From Diadema antillarum (lineage: Eukaryota): a stretch of 64,000 bases of DNA. The notes under the pieces were generated by a model, which was given only the letters and a program-made list of their open reading frames with translations, ran no database searches and was not told the origin of the DNA. Each line of letters starts with the position of its first letter. Position 1 is the first letter of the stretch. This document shows, one piece after another, positions 39,367 to 62,981 of this stretch. The position numbers and the translations under genes are program-made. The stretch covers positions 62,001 through 126,000 of the forward strand of contig NW_027272205.1 of NCBI RefSeq assembly GCF_040938485.1, written 5' to 3'.

Positions 39367-40797
39367 AATCTCTTGCATTACTTCCATTTAAAGTTGTTCG
39401 ATATTAACAAGTTTTAAACGTTTTCTATAAAACGGCCAACATTCTATAAAACAACTTTTTCGAATTCAAGTTCAATGTTGAAATACTTAATTGCTTTATG
39501 CAAAAGTTCTCACACTAAATCAAATCTAACTTATGCAGTTCTGCAAGTCCATAGTTTAAAAATGTTTTGAACACATACCAAGTTCTAATTAAGAGACTCT
39601 GAAAGTTGACATACAAGATTCTTTTAACCCTTCTTGGGCAAAGGTCCTAAAACTGTAAAAGGAATATCTGTATTATCTACGTAGGCCTATATAAAAGTAA
39701 CACTTTTTTTTCACAAACCCTGGTTACATTCATCAGACTTGCTCAATGTTCATTTCTGAGCAAGGGTAAATGAACATAGACCTGTGCGTACATCAATCAT
39801 TCTGAGACCACAAGAACTACATGTATAATCATTTCAAAGAAAGATGCGTTTAACGCTACCATTACCACCACTCCACATTAAAACTAGATTATCAATATCC
39901 TTCAAATATCTTTCAGGAATAAATACAGAGTTGAGAATAAATTCTCAAAAAATTGTAAAATTAATGTTTTGATATAAAGATTTTGAGTTACATCTTCCCA
40001 ATTAAGAATAAACTTCTCGCAAACCAGCACAAAGGATTATTCAACTGATCTTAATTCAGTTTTGTACAAATTGAGATCATGAATAGTATCCAACAGAGAA
40101 GTTAACCCCCATGCAGACAAGAAAAGGAAGAATGAATCCTTCCAAATGAGTCTTTTGTCACAAAAAAGTCTCTCATTTGACCCCTTTATTGTTGAACCAA
40201 GCCAAACACTCACTTTCAGATAAATTAATTTTATAACCACAACTAATTATCAACCACATTAAAAAAAAAAGGTTCAAAAGAGGTATTAGTACCATTCAAT
40301 AAAACAGGTTGTATCAGCAATAGTATATGCTGACCTTGTGTTCCATGTTACCAATTTTGATGCCTTCTATATAATTATTTGGCTTTTTTTGAGCGTACTG
40401 AATGAAATCCCACGAAGAAAGGGGGAATATAGGGCACCTTTGAAAGATGCCTCTTTCCAATCTGATAAAGGGTGATAATATCAATTACTATGACATAACT
40501 TTGTCTGTCTCTATAGAATTACTTATAATCCAATCAATTAAACCTTAGTCAGGATATGTACAGTTGTATTTGCCAAAATTGAAACTGTCCTGGAAAAAAA
40601 TTCGAGTGCATTGTGTTTGTCATGTAATGATAATCTTCATTGACAGAAAAATCAATGCAATTAAGAATAGAAATAGAAGAGATTTGATTTTATACTTTTG
40701 TTGAATACGTGCAAAAAAGCTTTGACAGAATGATACTGTACGTCAGAACTTTGTGGAACCGGAGATCGGTAGGGATTTCTCCTATCTCCTTCTTTAA

Positions 40798-41181
40798 AGG
40801 GATGGTACAGTATTGGTGAAGATGAGAATTGGGCTGTTAACTTTTTGCGAGATACCAAGAAAACACTTATAATATAGTACAGAGCATACCATTTTAAGAG
40901 GAATTCAAAGTTTATTTGATGAAAATCGGATTTGGAATGACTGAAACATCCAAAAACAAAGTAAAACAAAACGATCGTAATAAAGTGTGGGTCCCACACT
41001 TTCTTAGAATCGCTATTTTTTGGATATCTCAGCCATTTCAAAACCAATTTTCATCAAATAGACGTTGAATTCCTCATACAATTACATGCTCTTTCACAAT
41101 TATTCATAGAGGTTTTTCATTATCTCACCAAAAAATGTTAGAAACCTGAAATTAGGTCTCAACCAAAACTATACAATCCCT
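40798..41181. mobile_element. 384 bp Kolobok-like MITE
   Basis: TTAA on both sides (40794-97, 41182-85). TIR AGGGATGGTACAGT versus AGGGATTGTATAGT. Confidence 0.75.
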
Positions 41182-42377
41182 TTAATCCTTTGTCTGCTTT
41201 GAGTGTCGACTGGCACAGGAAAAACCTATAGAGCTGTACCTTACACACTGTCCAAGGTCCGTGACACAGAAAGAGATAAATTTAATCGAACGATATCACA
41301 GAAGTAGATGGCAAATGTTAGTGATATTAGTATTTCGATATTCGAACACTCCTACGAGTATCAATGATATTAGCTTATATTGAATGCATAATAACAAGAC
41401 ACAAAAACACAAATACATGTATTACAAAGAATATTAACACTCGACAGCAGTAAAATAGAAGACAAAAGATGTGCACACAGGTAGGCCTACATGACTGTAT
41501 ACAGAACAGAGATGAAAAAAAGGACAATAAACCTAAAAGATAAAAACGATTATATATAACCACGATGATACTAACAATTATATGGACTAAAAGTGACATG
41601 CTAATAAAATATCATTATAGTGTAACGATAATAATAATAATATAATATTGATAAATAGAGAACAGCTCTTGACTCTGTATTATGACAGGAATATCTGAGC
41701 GTCATGAAGACTTGAAAAGTGGAGGTGTTTGATTCGGCGCCCGTGGAGGGGATCGAACACTCAACAGTGAACTGATGATTTATACTCTCGAAACGGAATT
41801 TCTTTTTTAAATCTGTTACTTTTTTCTCTTTTTTTTTAAAGTTTTGATTGGGCAATAGCCAACACGTAATGTACAATTACAAAAACACAATATAGCAACA
41901 AGTACTAAAGAGTATTACAATTGTACTTGACAAAGCGCGCCATTCGAAGAATGCATCACGGAATAGACACACATGCAGAGTGAGGGTATACGCTAACGTC
42001 ATGACATTTTAATTGTTTCGTGATCGTAGACGATGTGCATGCGTGAATACTGTATAATATATTGCAGGTTGCCCAGTAAGTGCAATAATGTACTAAGTAC
42101 CCTTTGCAACGCCATGATCTATACCGTATGCGATTATGAAACCTCATGTCAGATGAGCAGTGTATGCGAAGTCATGTCTTTTTTGATGGGGGTATATAAT
42201 TTAGACCCTATAAACTACTTTTCTGGTTTATTATTTTAATTCATAGTGTCATTTGAATATGTTAGGTATTCGCAGATTTCAACTACTCAAAAGCAAAAAC
42301 AGTCGTTAATATAAGATAGAAAAAGAATCCATGCAGATGTGATTATGAATGTAGGGTATGCGTATATAAGAACAGGC

Positions 42378-42380
<3 letters not shown>

Positions 42381-42414
<34 letters not shown>
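42381..42414. repeat. (GT)n microsatellite
   Basis: Direct reading. Confidence 0.95.
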
Positions 42415-42416
<2 letters not shown>

Positions 42417-43179
42417 CGTTCGTTCGTGTCTAAGCACTATTTTATACGTAAGAGCTTCACTTAGCTTCGAAATCTTTGTTTTTAATTTGAGTTTTTGAAT
42501 TTAAAATTCAAAGACATTGGAAACTACCAAGGATACAGACATGATTTCGGCATTTTGTTTTATGAGCGATCTACGTTTTACAAGCTCCGCTTTTCAGTAG
42601 ATCACTCTTTTCCATCTTACATTTCACTTTTTTATCATCATTATCGCAAAATATGCATTGTTTCTAGTCATAGTTAATATTTTGTAAACAACTTTGTGAT
42701 CTGTGATCTGAATTGCTTGGTACAATCTTACCAAAACTTATTCTTTGTATTTGCATAGTTTCTGTCGAACATTGAGTGGAAATAAAGCACAATTGAATTG
42801 AAATGAATTGAATTGAATTGAATTCGTTACATATTGAGGCTCGTATTTTAGAAATGTTATAGATTCAAACATTGAACGATTTTAGTCGATCTCATGTTAG
42901 TCACTTTCATCGTTCTATATCGGAGTGCACATCAACATTTTAGCGATGCGGAATTACTGATGAGATTACAAGCTGTTGTATATTACCTAACGAAATTATT
43001 CAGCTGACAGCAATCCTTATCTTTTACTTCTGTTTAAATGACAGCATCATGTAATTGGAGCCATGAATGGTCATTTTTATCGTTACTATTATTTTACGGG
43101 ATTCTAAATCGATTAGCGCGCGATCAAACCTTTGCGACAGATTTGGCATATAGTATATGTATATCATACAATGTATTCG

Positions 43180-43181
<2 letters not shown>

Positions 43182-43258
<77 letters not shown>

Positions 43259-43271
43259 CATATATATATAC
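43182..43271. repeat. Compound (CA)n(TA)n microsatellite
   Basis: Direct reading. Confidence 0.95.
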
Positions 43272-43566
43272 ACAGGGCCTAACATGTTTATCGTGAATTG
43301 GGTCCTATGCTATACACATACATGTTAAATACCATTTACATGCATTATACGATACATTGTCCGAAATCTCCAAAGGGATTCGCTCATTCGATGGCAGGGG
43401 ATATCCATTTACCTTCGAAGGACATTCTCCGGTCATACAAACAGAATTTCAAGACCTCTGCCCGCTGGTAATAAAGGCATTCAAAGGGGAATAACACAGC
43501 TGCATAGGCTACCTTTGTTTGCTCTGTGCACAATATCCATGCTATGCTGTTGCATGGAACATAATG

Positions 43567-43700
43567 CCAATCCATGTGGCGCCAGAATCGCTCGCATGCA
43601 AATTAGGCTAGCGCGAATCGCGGTTCTCATCTCTGATTGGCTGCTGCATCCCCGTGGCAGGAAATTTGACTGCGTGCGGATCGCACAGAACCCTATTTAT
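43567..43700 (+). promoter_or_regulatory. H2A promoter: CCAAT, octamer, inverted CCAAT, TATA-like
   Basis: CCAAT near 43567, ATGCAAAT 43596-603, GATTGG near 43636, TATTTAT near 43694-700. Confidence 0.65.
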
Positions 43701-43763
43701 TGGTAGCTGGAATCCCTCACAAGGCACAGTTCTTTCTTCGGAACAAATCACTACACATCTTAA

Positions 43764-44150
<387 letters not shown>

Positions 44151-44187
44151 ATCAGTCGATTTACTGTGATTCGCCAACCGACCAAAC

Positions 44188-44222
44188 GGCTCTTTTCAGA
44201 GCCACCACATGATCAAAAAAGA
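44188..44222 (+). terminator. Histone 3' stem-loop and downstream element
   Basis: GGCTCTTTTCAGAGCC (44188-203), ACCACA, then CAAAAAAGA (44214-22). Confidence 0.93.
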
Positions 44223-46269
44223 TATCTGAGATACTCTTGAATTGTAGTCTTTCGTAATTTTAAGGTGTAAGTTGCGTTTAAAAAAATGTAATTATCTTAT
44301 GTGTTCATCGTGTTCATGGGTTTCACTTAGGTATACCAACTACTATAGTGATTCATGTATGCAAAGTGCAATCAGTGGTACAAATTAATTGGTATCAAGT
44401 TCATGAATTGATCCTGTTATACCAGGGAGGTCATTAGACAAAACCTCCCTGATCCTATCAGGCAGGTGGGAAAAGAGACACCACGCTGCCACCCTGATCC
44501 TACCGTACACAACACGTACTATAACCGTAACGTACTCGATATAGGGGTCCTATTGACGGCTTGCTACTGATTCGTATGTCTGGCGTGTTCTGCCTTCTAG
44601 GTGGGTGGACAGGGAATAGAAATTCACCCATGTCATCACTACATCGAGTAACTTCTTCCCCTGAACAGTAATTGGTATTTCCTGCATTATTTTTCTCCCA
44701 CCGTACAGTAAAAATACAGTTCTGCCTATAAAGGTGACTGAATGTTTCAACAGGCCTCCTACAGGAAAACGACACTCTTAAACTTAATATAACCGTAGCG
44801 AATTAATAAAGCACTTCCCCGTTTGGAAAAGTGAACATAGTGTACATTCTACTACGTAGACAATCTAATTGTCTTATACAGTATACATACATGCGTAGTA
44901 GTTATGTTCTGTCATATTAATATTTCATCCCTGTTACTGCATACATGAACAAAAGGGGAACGTCTGGTGGGTTCCCGCCAAAGATAAGTTCTAGCACTGT
45001 GGAATTATCAAGGTTGGCAGGAGTTATAGGAACATAGAGATACTTTAGTATCTATCTCTCCACATGTTCTTAATATTTTTCTCTAAATAATCAATATAAA
45101 ATAATACAACATTTAGGAACTACCAATATGTGAATACAGCTGTAATGTTTAATCGCATGCATTGCGTAGGCCTGTATGGTCTGCTCTACCAAAATCAGCT
45201 GGAAATGTTTACTTCCACAAGACATTTTTAAGTTTCATTGAACGGATAATCAAGTCACAGAAATTTTTATGTTTGAATGAAATGTAAGAGCACTATATAA
45301 TAATGCCATGTACACTTTTCCAATGAATATGAATTTGCAATCGTGCTCCGGACGACTTATTCAAGTACACGTAGGTCATTTTGTTTGTATGTCCAGCAGC
45401 CGGGCTTAGATATTCAGAGTACACTGTATTTGTGTTTAGTATTCTTTATTTGAATTTCGTGCAAATATACTTTAATATAAATCATATTCACAAAGAAACA
45501 TGCACATAACACACACACAAAACAAATAACACGTGAGATTCTCCTCATGAATGCTGATTTATCACATAAATCGGTAACCCGTACATGTAACTTAGGGGGG
45601 GGGGGGGGGAGAGATGAAGATTCACCCAAATAAACGAATATACAAAGCCATGCAACCATGCATCGGCCTAATATAATACCAACTCACACGTTTTGACTTT
45701 CTTGACCAAACTTATCAATGCTTCTTGATCACACAAAATGCATACATGCAGAATGTATGAGACCAATTTACTATAAATCCATATGGTAAGAAATGTGACA
45801 AACTTAACTTAATTATCAAAAAAGAAAATTAACGAAGACACGAGATATTCATTGTACATCTCATATGTTTGCATAGGCCTATAAGTAGGCCTACACACAT
45901 AGTTCTCCCACCCCCGGGGAGAAAAAAAAAATGTCTTGCCTATTACTAAAGGCGTTTCAGTTTCATATTATCTGGTATTTGATATAAATTATTACTCAAC
46001 GTGAAATTATGTACTTTTTTTTTCAATCAATGAACAGTGATTGTGATGTTTAGCAGAGCTTGAACTATCATCTATTGCGTTTGAGTGTATCAGTGCTAGT
46101 GGTTGATGAAACTTATCGCAAAGAGGACAATCCCACTTTTGTGTTTGCTCTCGCGTTTCTGTCCCGGACTGCAGGAGGATTATTGAATACAGTGTACTGG
46201 CAGCTTTCCTCTATTATGTATACTGTACTCCGTATGTGTACAAACTTCCCTTCACTGTTACAAAAGGTA

Positions 46270-47100
46270 GGGGAGACCGGGTCTAGTTGTTACAATTTTC
46301 ACATTTTTAGGTCTGTACAAAAAACGAATAGAGGAATCGGCTTCATTTTTGCTTTGAGGATACTTTATTTCCTCTTCCCCGATGTTGGGGTAAGTTGTTA
46401 CAGCACATGGGGTACTTTGTTACACCGTAGAAAGTCAACTCAAATCGGGTAATGCAGATCTGACGAGTTAGGTAATTCTAACCTGTCTGGGTGTGCATGT
46501 TAGCCTATGCTGGGNNNNNNNNNNNNNNNNNNNNNNNNNNNNNNNNNNNNNNNNNNNNNNNNNNNNNNNNNNNNNNNNNNNNNNNNNNNNNNNNNNNNNN
46601 NNNNNNNNNNNNNNNNNNNNNNNNNNNNNNNNNNNNNNNNNNNNNNNAAGTGCATTGGGGTAAGTTGTTACACCACTCGATTCTCCAGACGGGTCAAGTT
46701 GTTGTAACAACTTGACCCAGTGCGTTTTCAAAAACTTTTCACACGTGTGGCCAATAAACAATCAAACATCACGTGTTGCTACTTTTCCCAAAAGACAGCC
46801 AAAACACGCTTCTTTCAACCACATACTCATCACTTACTGGAGAAGAATGGATTTGGTGTAATAAAGAAAAATCGAATTTTTCAAAATTTTACTCGGAGAG
46901 GTAAAACAGTGTTTTTTGGTTTTTTTTTTTTGGACCTATCTTCTACATGTGACGTCCAGGCAACGCCAGATTTCGCATGCAGAGATCGTTGGCTATACGT
47001 TTTGATTTGATATTACTTGTAACGCCCTCTTTTGATCATACCTAGAGAAAATGACAGTGTAAAACAACTTGCCCGTGTAACAACTCGACCCGGTCTCCCC
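46270..47100. mobile_element. 831 bp TA-flanked MITE spanning an assembly gap
   Basis: TIR GGGGAGACCGGGTCTAGTTGTTACA versus GGGGAGACCGGGTCGAGTTGTTACA (24/25). TA at 46268-69 and 47101-02. Internal GTTGTTACA/TGTAACAAC motifs. Confidence 0.85.
46515..46647. other. Assembly gap (133 N)
   Basis: Run of N. Confidence 1.
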
Positions 47101-47621
47101 TATATAAAAGGCCTTATACATGCCTTTGAGTCGACAGGACATACTCGGAGGTCAGGAGAGAATTGGATGAGAAGCAAAAGGACACCATACAGGGAACAAG
47201 AGAATAAAGACGGGAGCTCGACAGCTGGGATAAGGGATAACAATATGATGAGCATTGCAGAAAAAATGTGTTTTTAAACTTGATAGATTTATTAGGGAAG
47301 TGCAGTTATTATGTTAACAGCTGCGTAAAGTAATTAATCACAAAGCTTATACTTAGTATACAAGTATCGCTGATATTTTATTTTTACATTAATTTTGATA
47401 TCTACATCCTTATAATTATAGGGAAGTATTTTTCTGGTATATCAAAGTTGTACGTCATTACTATAACATGTCGTAATGTAGTACACCACCACTGTGGTCT
47501 AGCGCCACCTGTTGCTGAAATGTAATCGAGCAGAACAACCATGGCTGAATCACAGAACTCTTAAAGAGTTCTGTGGGCTGAATATTCCTAGAACGATGCC
47601 GGAATTTTCTGCTCCGTCACC

Positions 47622-48043
47622 GCTGGATGAGAAGACTACTACAGCTTGTGATGTCACATGCGTACAACTATACAAAGAAGATTATAAAGAAGACTGCGCT
47701 TTTTTTTCACTCTTCTGGCATAATAAAACAAAAACTTGACTTGCCTCTTTCAGAAGGCAGAGAGCATATTACATACGTCAGTGACAAGTCAAGGAAATGT
47801 GCACTTTTTCAAAAAATAAAATTTTCTGAAATTCTCTTTATATTTTCCTTATATCGTTCTATGCATGTGACATCATACACAGTAGTAGTCTTCTCATCCA
47901 GCAGTGACTGCGCAGAAACTTTAAAAATTCATAACTTTTGGAACGGATTGTTCGATTTTTCGCAAACTTTCACTGAAATGTTCTTCTAATATTGCTGCGT
48001 TTACTCACTCCACATGTATATTAAGGTGGACTTGTCCTTTAAA
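47622..48043. mobile_element. Two head-to-head pieces of a Kolobok-like MITE family (other copies near 29380-29570, 52930-53286, 55320-55622)
   Basis: Shared core GATGTCACATGCGTA / CAGTAGTAGTCTTCTCATCCAGC. One end reads GGACTTGTCCTTTAA. A perfect 19 bp IR links 47622-40 and 47884-902. Confidence 0.6.
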
Positions 48044-48771
48044 GAGGAAATTCACACACAAAAATAAATAAAGTTCAAAGGAAAGAAAAAACAAATATTC
48101 CCTACAGAATGATACAAAAATAATTCAAATAGGAAAAGAAATAAGAATGATATGGCATTTTGAAATTTCACATTTTTTAGGAAAACATTTTTTGACCAGT
48201 CCTTATGAATATTCAAATAAGCAAGTTGACGATGTCACGCGCTCAACTTCTTATTCATTTCACCACATACAAAAACGACAAAAATCTCACATTTCAACGG
48301 CATGGATATAAAATTTGCCTTAAAACCACCCAAAATAAAGAAAAAGAACAAGAGTTAACTCTGATATATCTTGTACGAGAACATGCTTTTACTTGTATTA
48401 GCAATATTTTAATAACCAATATTTTTCTGAATTATACTACAGCCGTACTTATAATCATTACTGCACAATCTCAGTCCATTGTATATGAAGGTAAACTTTT
48501 TCTTTGATCACTCTCGTGTGTATCAAGTTGCGCTTACTTTATCCGAGATCGGCAGGTTGTAAGCTTCCTCATATCGTTTTCCTTATTGTTATATACACCA
48601 ACATGAGAACAATTAAAATGAAACGTCAATGAAGGTAGGAAATCTAATGAATTTATCGGATGTTCTGCACTTCATCACGAATGCCGTGTGTATAGCCTAA
48701 CCGAATGCCTAAATTTATCTGTCACAATTAATATTTGTAGCTAGACAGAGATTAAGGAAATGCACTACGGT

Positions 48772-50554
48772 CAGTGGCGTATCTAGGGAAAACGGCGCAC
48801 GGGGCAAGCGCGAAAATTGCGCCCCTAATTTCTGAAAAAAGTGTTCAAACCCAACCCCATCCCGGTAGGGACTTTAAACAAAGTCCACATGATATGCTTT
48901 TTCAAGCACTTTAAAGGGGTCCTTTGAGGGTGATTTAAATGTAGTGAATTTTGATAAATTTTGGCGAGCGAGCGCAGCGAGCGAGCCGAAAACTTTGGTA
49001 TTTCAGCTTACAAAACATGGAATTCTTGTCATTTTTTGCTAATCAAATCTTACAATTGCAATCAAGATATAGTGACGGCTTTATAGATAACGATTTATAC
49101 CAACAAACTGCATGAGGAATTTCAAAAGTACTCTAAATTAGTACGCGCGAGTTAGCCGAAATTTGTATATTTCCACGTCATCATCACGTTTTGTTCTTAT
49201 CTCTTTTTTCTTTTTTTTTTTCTTTTTGGATATAAATTTTGGCGAGCGAGCGCAGCGAGCGAGCCGAAAATTTTGGTATTTCAGCTTACAAAACATGGAA
49301 TTCTTGTCATTTTTACTTATTAAATCTTACAATTCTAATCAAGATATAGTGACGACCTTATAGATAACGATTTATACCAACAAACTGAGGACTTATAATA
49401 CTAGTACTCTAAATTAGTACGAGGCGAGTGAGCCGAAATTTGCATATTTCCGCGTCATCATTACGTTTTGTTCTTATCTTTTTTGATTTGTTTTTTTTTT
49501 TTGCGTCCCCCCCTCCATTTTGTTCGAAACTGTTGGCGTCCTCTCTTGATCCAATCGGCGATCGCTTCAGAACGAATGAAATTGCAGCCGCTGCTCCGTG
49601 TAATATTTTTCCTGCTTAATATAAAATGACATGTGTGAATACAATAGATATTGTCATTTTGTGCGCGTCATCGTCACATCTTCTTCTTTTCTTTTTTTTT
49701 TTTTTTTGGATAAATTTTGGCGAGCGAGCGCAGCGAGCGAGCCGAATTTTTTTGTATTTCAGCTTACAAAACATGGAATTCTTGTCATTTTTTACTTACA
49801 CTGTATTTAATCTTACAATCCTAATCAAGATAATAGTGACGGCCTTATAGATAACGATTTATACCAAGAAACTGTGGATTTGAAAAAAATACTCTAAATT
49901 GTACGAGCGAGTGAGCCGAAATTTGCATATTTCCTCGTCATCATTACGTTTTGTTCTTATCTTGCTTGATTTTTTTGCGCCCCCTCCCCCCCCCCCCCCC
50001 CCACATATGTTCGAAACCGTTGGCGCATTCTTTTGATCCAATTGGCGATCGCTTCAGAACGAAAGAAATTGCAGCCGCTGCTCCGTGAAACATTTTGCTT
50101 GCTAGATATAAAATGACATGTGTGAACACAATAGACATTGTCATTTTGTCCGCGTCATCATCACGTTTTGTTCTAACCTTCTTTATTTATATAAATTTTG
50201 GCGAGCGAACGCAGCGAGCGAGCCGAAAATTTTTGTATTTCAGCTGACAGAACATGGAATTCTTGTGTGAACACAATAATCATTGTCATTTTGTCCGCGT
50301 CATCATCATGTTTTGTTTTTATCTTGTTTGATTTGGTTTTCTGCCCCCCCCCCCCCCTCCGGGCGAGTTTTTTTCTTCTTCTTTTTCTTCTTCTTCTTCT
50401 CTTCTTTTTTCTTTTTTCTTCTTCTTCGTTTTTTTCTTTTTCTTCTTCTTCTTTTTTTTTCGTTTTTTTTTCGTTTTCTGCGCCCCCAAGGAGTGGCGCC
50501 CGGGGCACGTGCCCCCCTTGCCCCCCCCCCCCCCCCCCCCTAGATACGCCACTG
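48772..50554. mobile_element. 1.78 kb non-autonomous hAT transposon
   Basis: TIR CAGTGGCGTATCTAGGG / CCCTAGATACGCCACTG. Perfect 8 bp duplication ACTACGGT (48764-71, 50555-62). Internal repeats start AAATTTTGGCGAGCGAGCGCAGCGAGCGAGCCGAA at about 48957, 49234, 49712 and 50193. Confidence 0.92.
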
Positions 50555-50639
50555 ACTACGGTATCTCAATCAATATAATGTTGATAACTTCACAAAGTTG
50601 CGGAACGGATCGCAAAGAAAGAAATAATGCACGATATGT

Positions 50640-50750
50640 TAGGGTGGCAACTCTTGTGGAATGGCAATTTCCCATAGCTACAGCCAATCAGGGCGCTGGA
50701 TTCTTGACGTTACTATGACAATTGCCATTCCAGCAAGAGTTGCTATCATA
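50640..50750. repeat. Imperfect inverted repeat (MITE relic) enclosing a CCAAT box upstream of ETFA
   Basis: GCAACTCTTGTGGAATGGCAATT ... AATTGCCATTCCAGCAAGAGTTGC, with AGCCAATCAG in the loop. Confidence 0.6.
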
Positions 50751-50942
50751 TCAACTTTTTATTAAATGGCGCTTTCCTCCGGGGATCCCTCTTTTTTCCC
50801 CACGGTCGATTTTTCGCATGATGTAACAAGCGACATTCTCTCGTGTATGACACTAGAGGGCGTGCATCGATTACGCAAGTTGAGAAAATCAGCGAACGCT
50901 CCCTTCACTTGAGACGTAACTGGCTCGGGACCTAAATTAAAC

Positions 50943-60761
<9,819 letters not shown>

Positions 60762-62924
60762 GTATGGCACCCTTACCATGACACCAACGGACACCGTTCA
60801 GAAGAGACACTGCTCGCCCTCACCCAAACTTTCTCCCACTCAGAAAGGACTGACAAAAAAAGCAACCATAGATGACACAATCATCATTACAGCCACGCCC
60901 TGTTTGCCCCTCGTGACTTCGAGCAGTGCGGGATACAGTCTGTGTGAACCATCAGTCTTCAGTCTCATTAATTCTGTGGGTTGAATGTATTCCTGTTTCA
61001 TATTGTTACTTTGCCATTTCCTAAAACAGCATGAAAAAAAAAATTGTCTGGGATGAAAATCCTGTGGTCCAGCACAAATCTTCTGTGAACCAAGCTCATT
61101 TCAATAGGACAAAGATGCAATAAGATTTGTGATTTATTTGAAACTTGCATGTTATAATTTGTGAGTAAGCCAGCCAATTATAACAAACTTGGAGACATAT
61201 GATGTACGATTTTAGCAAGTTTTTTTTTTTTTTTTTCAAAAACTTGGGGACATATGACATGATTTCTGCAAGTTTTTTTTTTTGCTGTGGTGCCTAAACC
61301 ATGCATGTTTACCAGCTCTTGGGAAATAGTTGCATCTACTGTTCATCCCTTTGCGATTAAATTTCAGTTAAAATTCAAATAAGAAATTTGCTTTCTGATA
61401 TATTCGAAGGTGAGAGATGCACAACTTGACAACTTGAAAGTTTGAAAGTTCAGTTTTCGTGTACAGTCAACCTGGAAGTAAAATTTTTATATTGAGCACT
61501 GAATCTTTCAAGAAAGAAGCTATTGGGTTAGTTGGCAGTGATTTGCTGTGGTCTTCATTAGTGGTCCCAATCCTGGCCAACCAAGTTGATGAGTTAAAGA
61601 TGTGCATTCCTAAAATTAAATGTGTATAAAGAAAATGAGAGTGTATTGAAAAGAATATACTTGAAGTTTCAAGATGAGAATGTTATTCATGCAAGTTTCA
61701 GCCCATCTTGATGAGCAATAAGATGAGATTGAAAGGAATAAGGGTTTCCAGTACGTGATTTACCGGTTCTAACATTGAAAGTTGTTTTGGGAGTGTCACT
61801 GCAATTCCATAGATTCTACAAATAAGTTGTAAGTCATCCTTTGGAATAGAAAATGAGTCATTATTTTGTTCTTGTGATAAAAAAACAAAAAAAACCACAC
61901 AGAACAAAATTAGCTGACATTCTGTTAAAATGATATCAGTCTATGTTGATATTGTCAGGTTGTTTATATGACATGGAGAAATATGAATTTACCTTTCAGT
62001 GTGCATATACTAAATTTCACCGAGTAAATTGACATTGTACCACTGCATAGGCCAGTCACAATTCCACTTCAGATGATGTTGAAAGGTATGTTTGAAATAT
62101 ATCACTAATATGTCAATGTACAATTAATGGAGTTTTGTGATGAATTTCTTTCATATGTTATGTTTGTGTTGTCTTCCTTTGAGAAGACTTCACTTACAGT
62201 GTCTTATATGTTGTTTTCAATGTAACTGAGGGCATATGTGGGTAGTGAAGAGGGTGTGTGTGGATGTGGCATAACCATGTGTCTGTCTGCGTGTCTGTAC
62301 TTATTTCTGAGAAAGAGATAACTGTTGCCCATTTTCTAAAAGCTGAAACATAGTACTTGGCGAGACCCTAACATTCATCTTCCACCATTTTGAATTTGCT
62401 TGCTATATATATCGGAAAGATCTATCTAGAAACTTGTCTGGCCGACACCATTTGTCAGGATATCGAGTTGTTTTGTAGTATTTTGAGATCAAAGGGTGTG
62501 AAACAGTTAGTTTACCAACTTTTATTCCGCAAGTGCCCTCCCCCAGTCATTAGTGGGTGTGTAGAATGCTGCTGGTTGGTGATGATTGAATCGTGTCCAA
62601 GCAGTAGTTTTGAATCACACGCAGAACAGACTGCAAGCAGTTCACCCACGTGAGCGATGGATACCATTATGGACCAATATATTGTAATTGATGTTATCAA
62701 ATGTATAACATTCCGTTGCATGGATGATCGGGTAAGCTCTGAAACTGAAATACTTTGTGTGAACCTTATTGGTTACTATTTCACATTTTCATCACTACCT
62801 AATTGTAATTGCATTCTTTCACACATTCCTTATACAAAGTATACAGATTAAAGCAAAAATTTACAGTTCTGCAAGCACACCAGAGAACTGTTTTCGCTTC
62901 AAACATACAGATGTATCCACAACT

Positions 62925-62926
<2 letters not shown>

Positions 62927-62978
<52 letters not shown>

Positions 62979-62981
62979 ACA
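62927..62981. repeat. (CA)n microsatellite
   Basis: Direct reading. Confidence 0.95.

Noticed and set aside
41735-41790. tRNA-like B-box (GTTCGATCCCC, minus strand); similar at about 37283-37300
   Set aside because: No A-box or cloverleaf; SINE/tRNA fragments, not tRNA genes.
50173-50718. Lys/Glu/Pro-rich ORFs
   Set aside because: Translations of TTC/T-runs and C-runs inside the hAT element.
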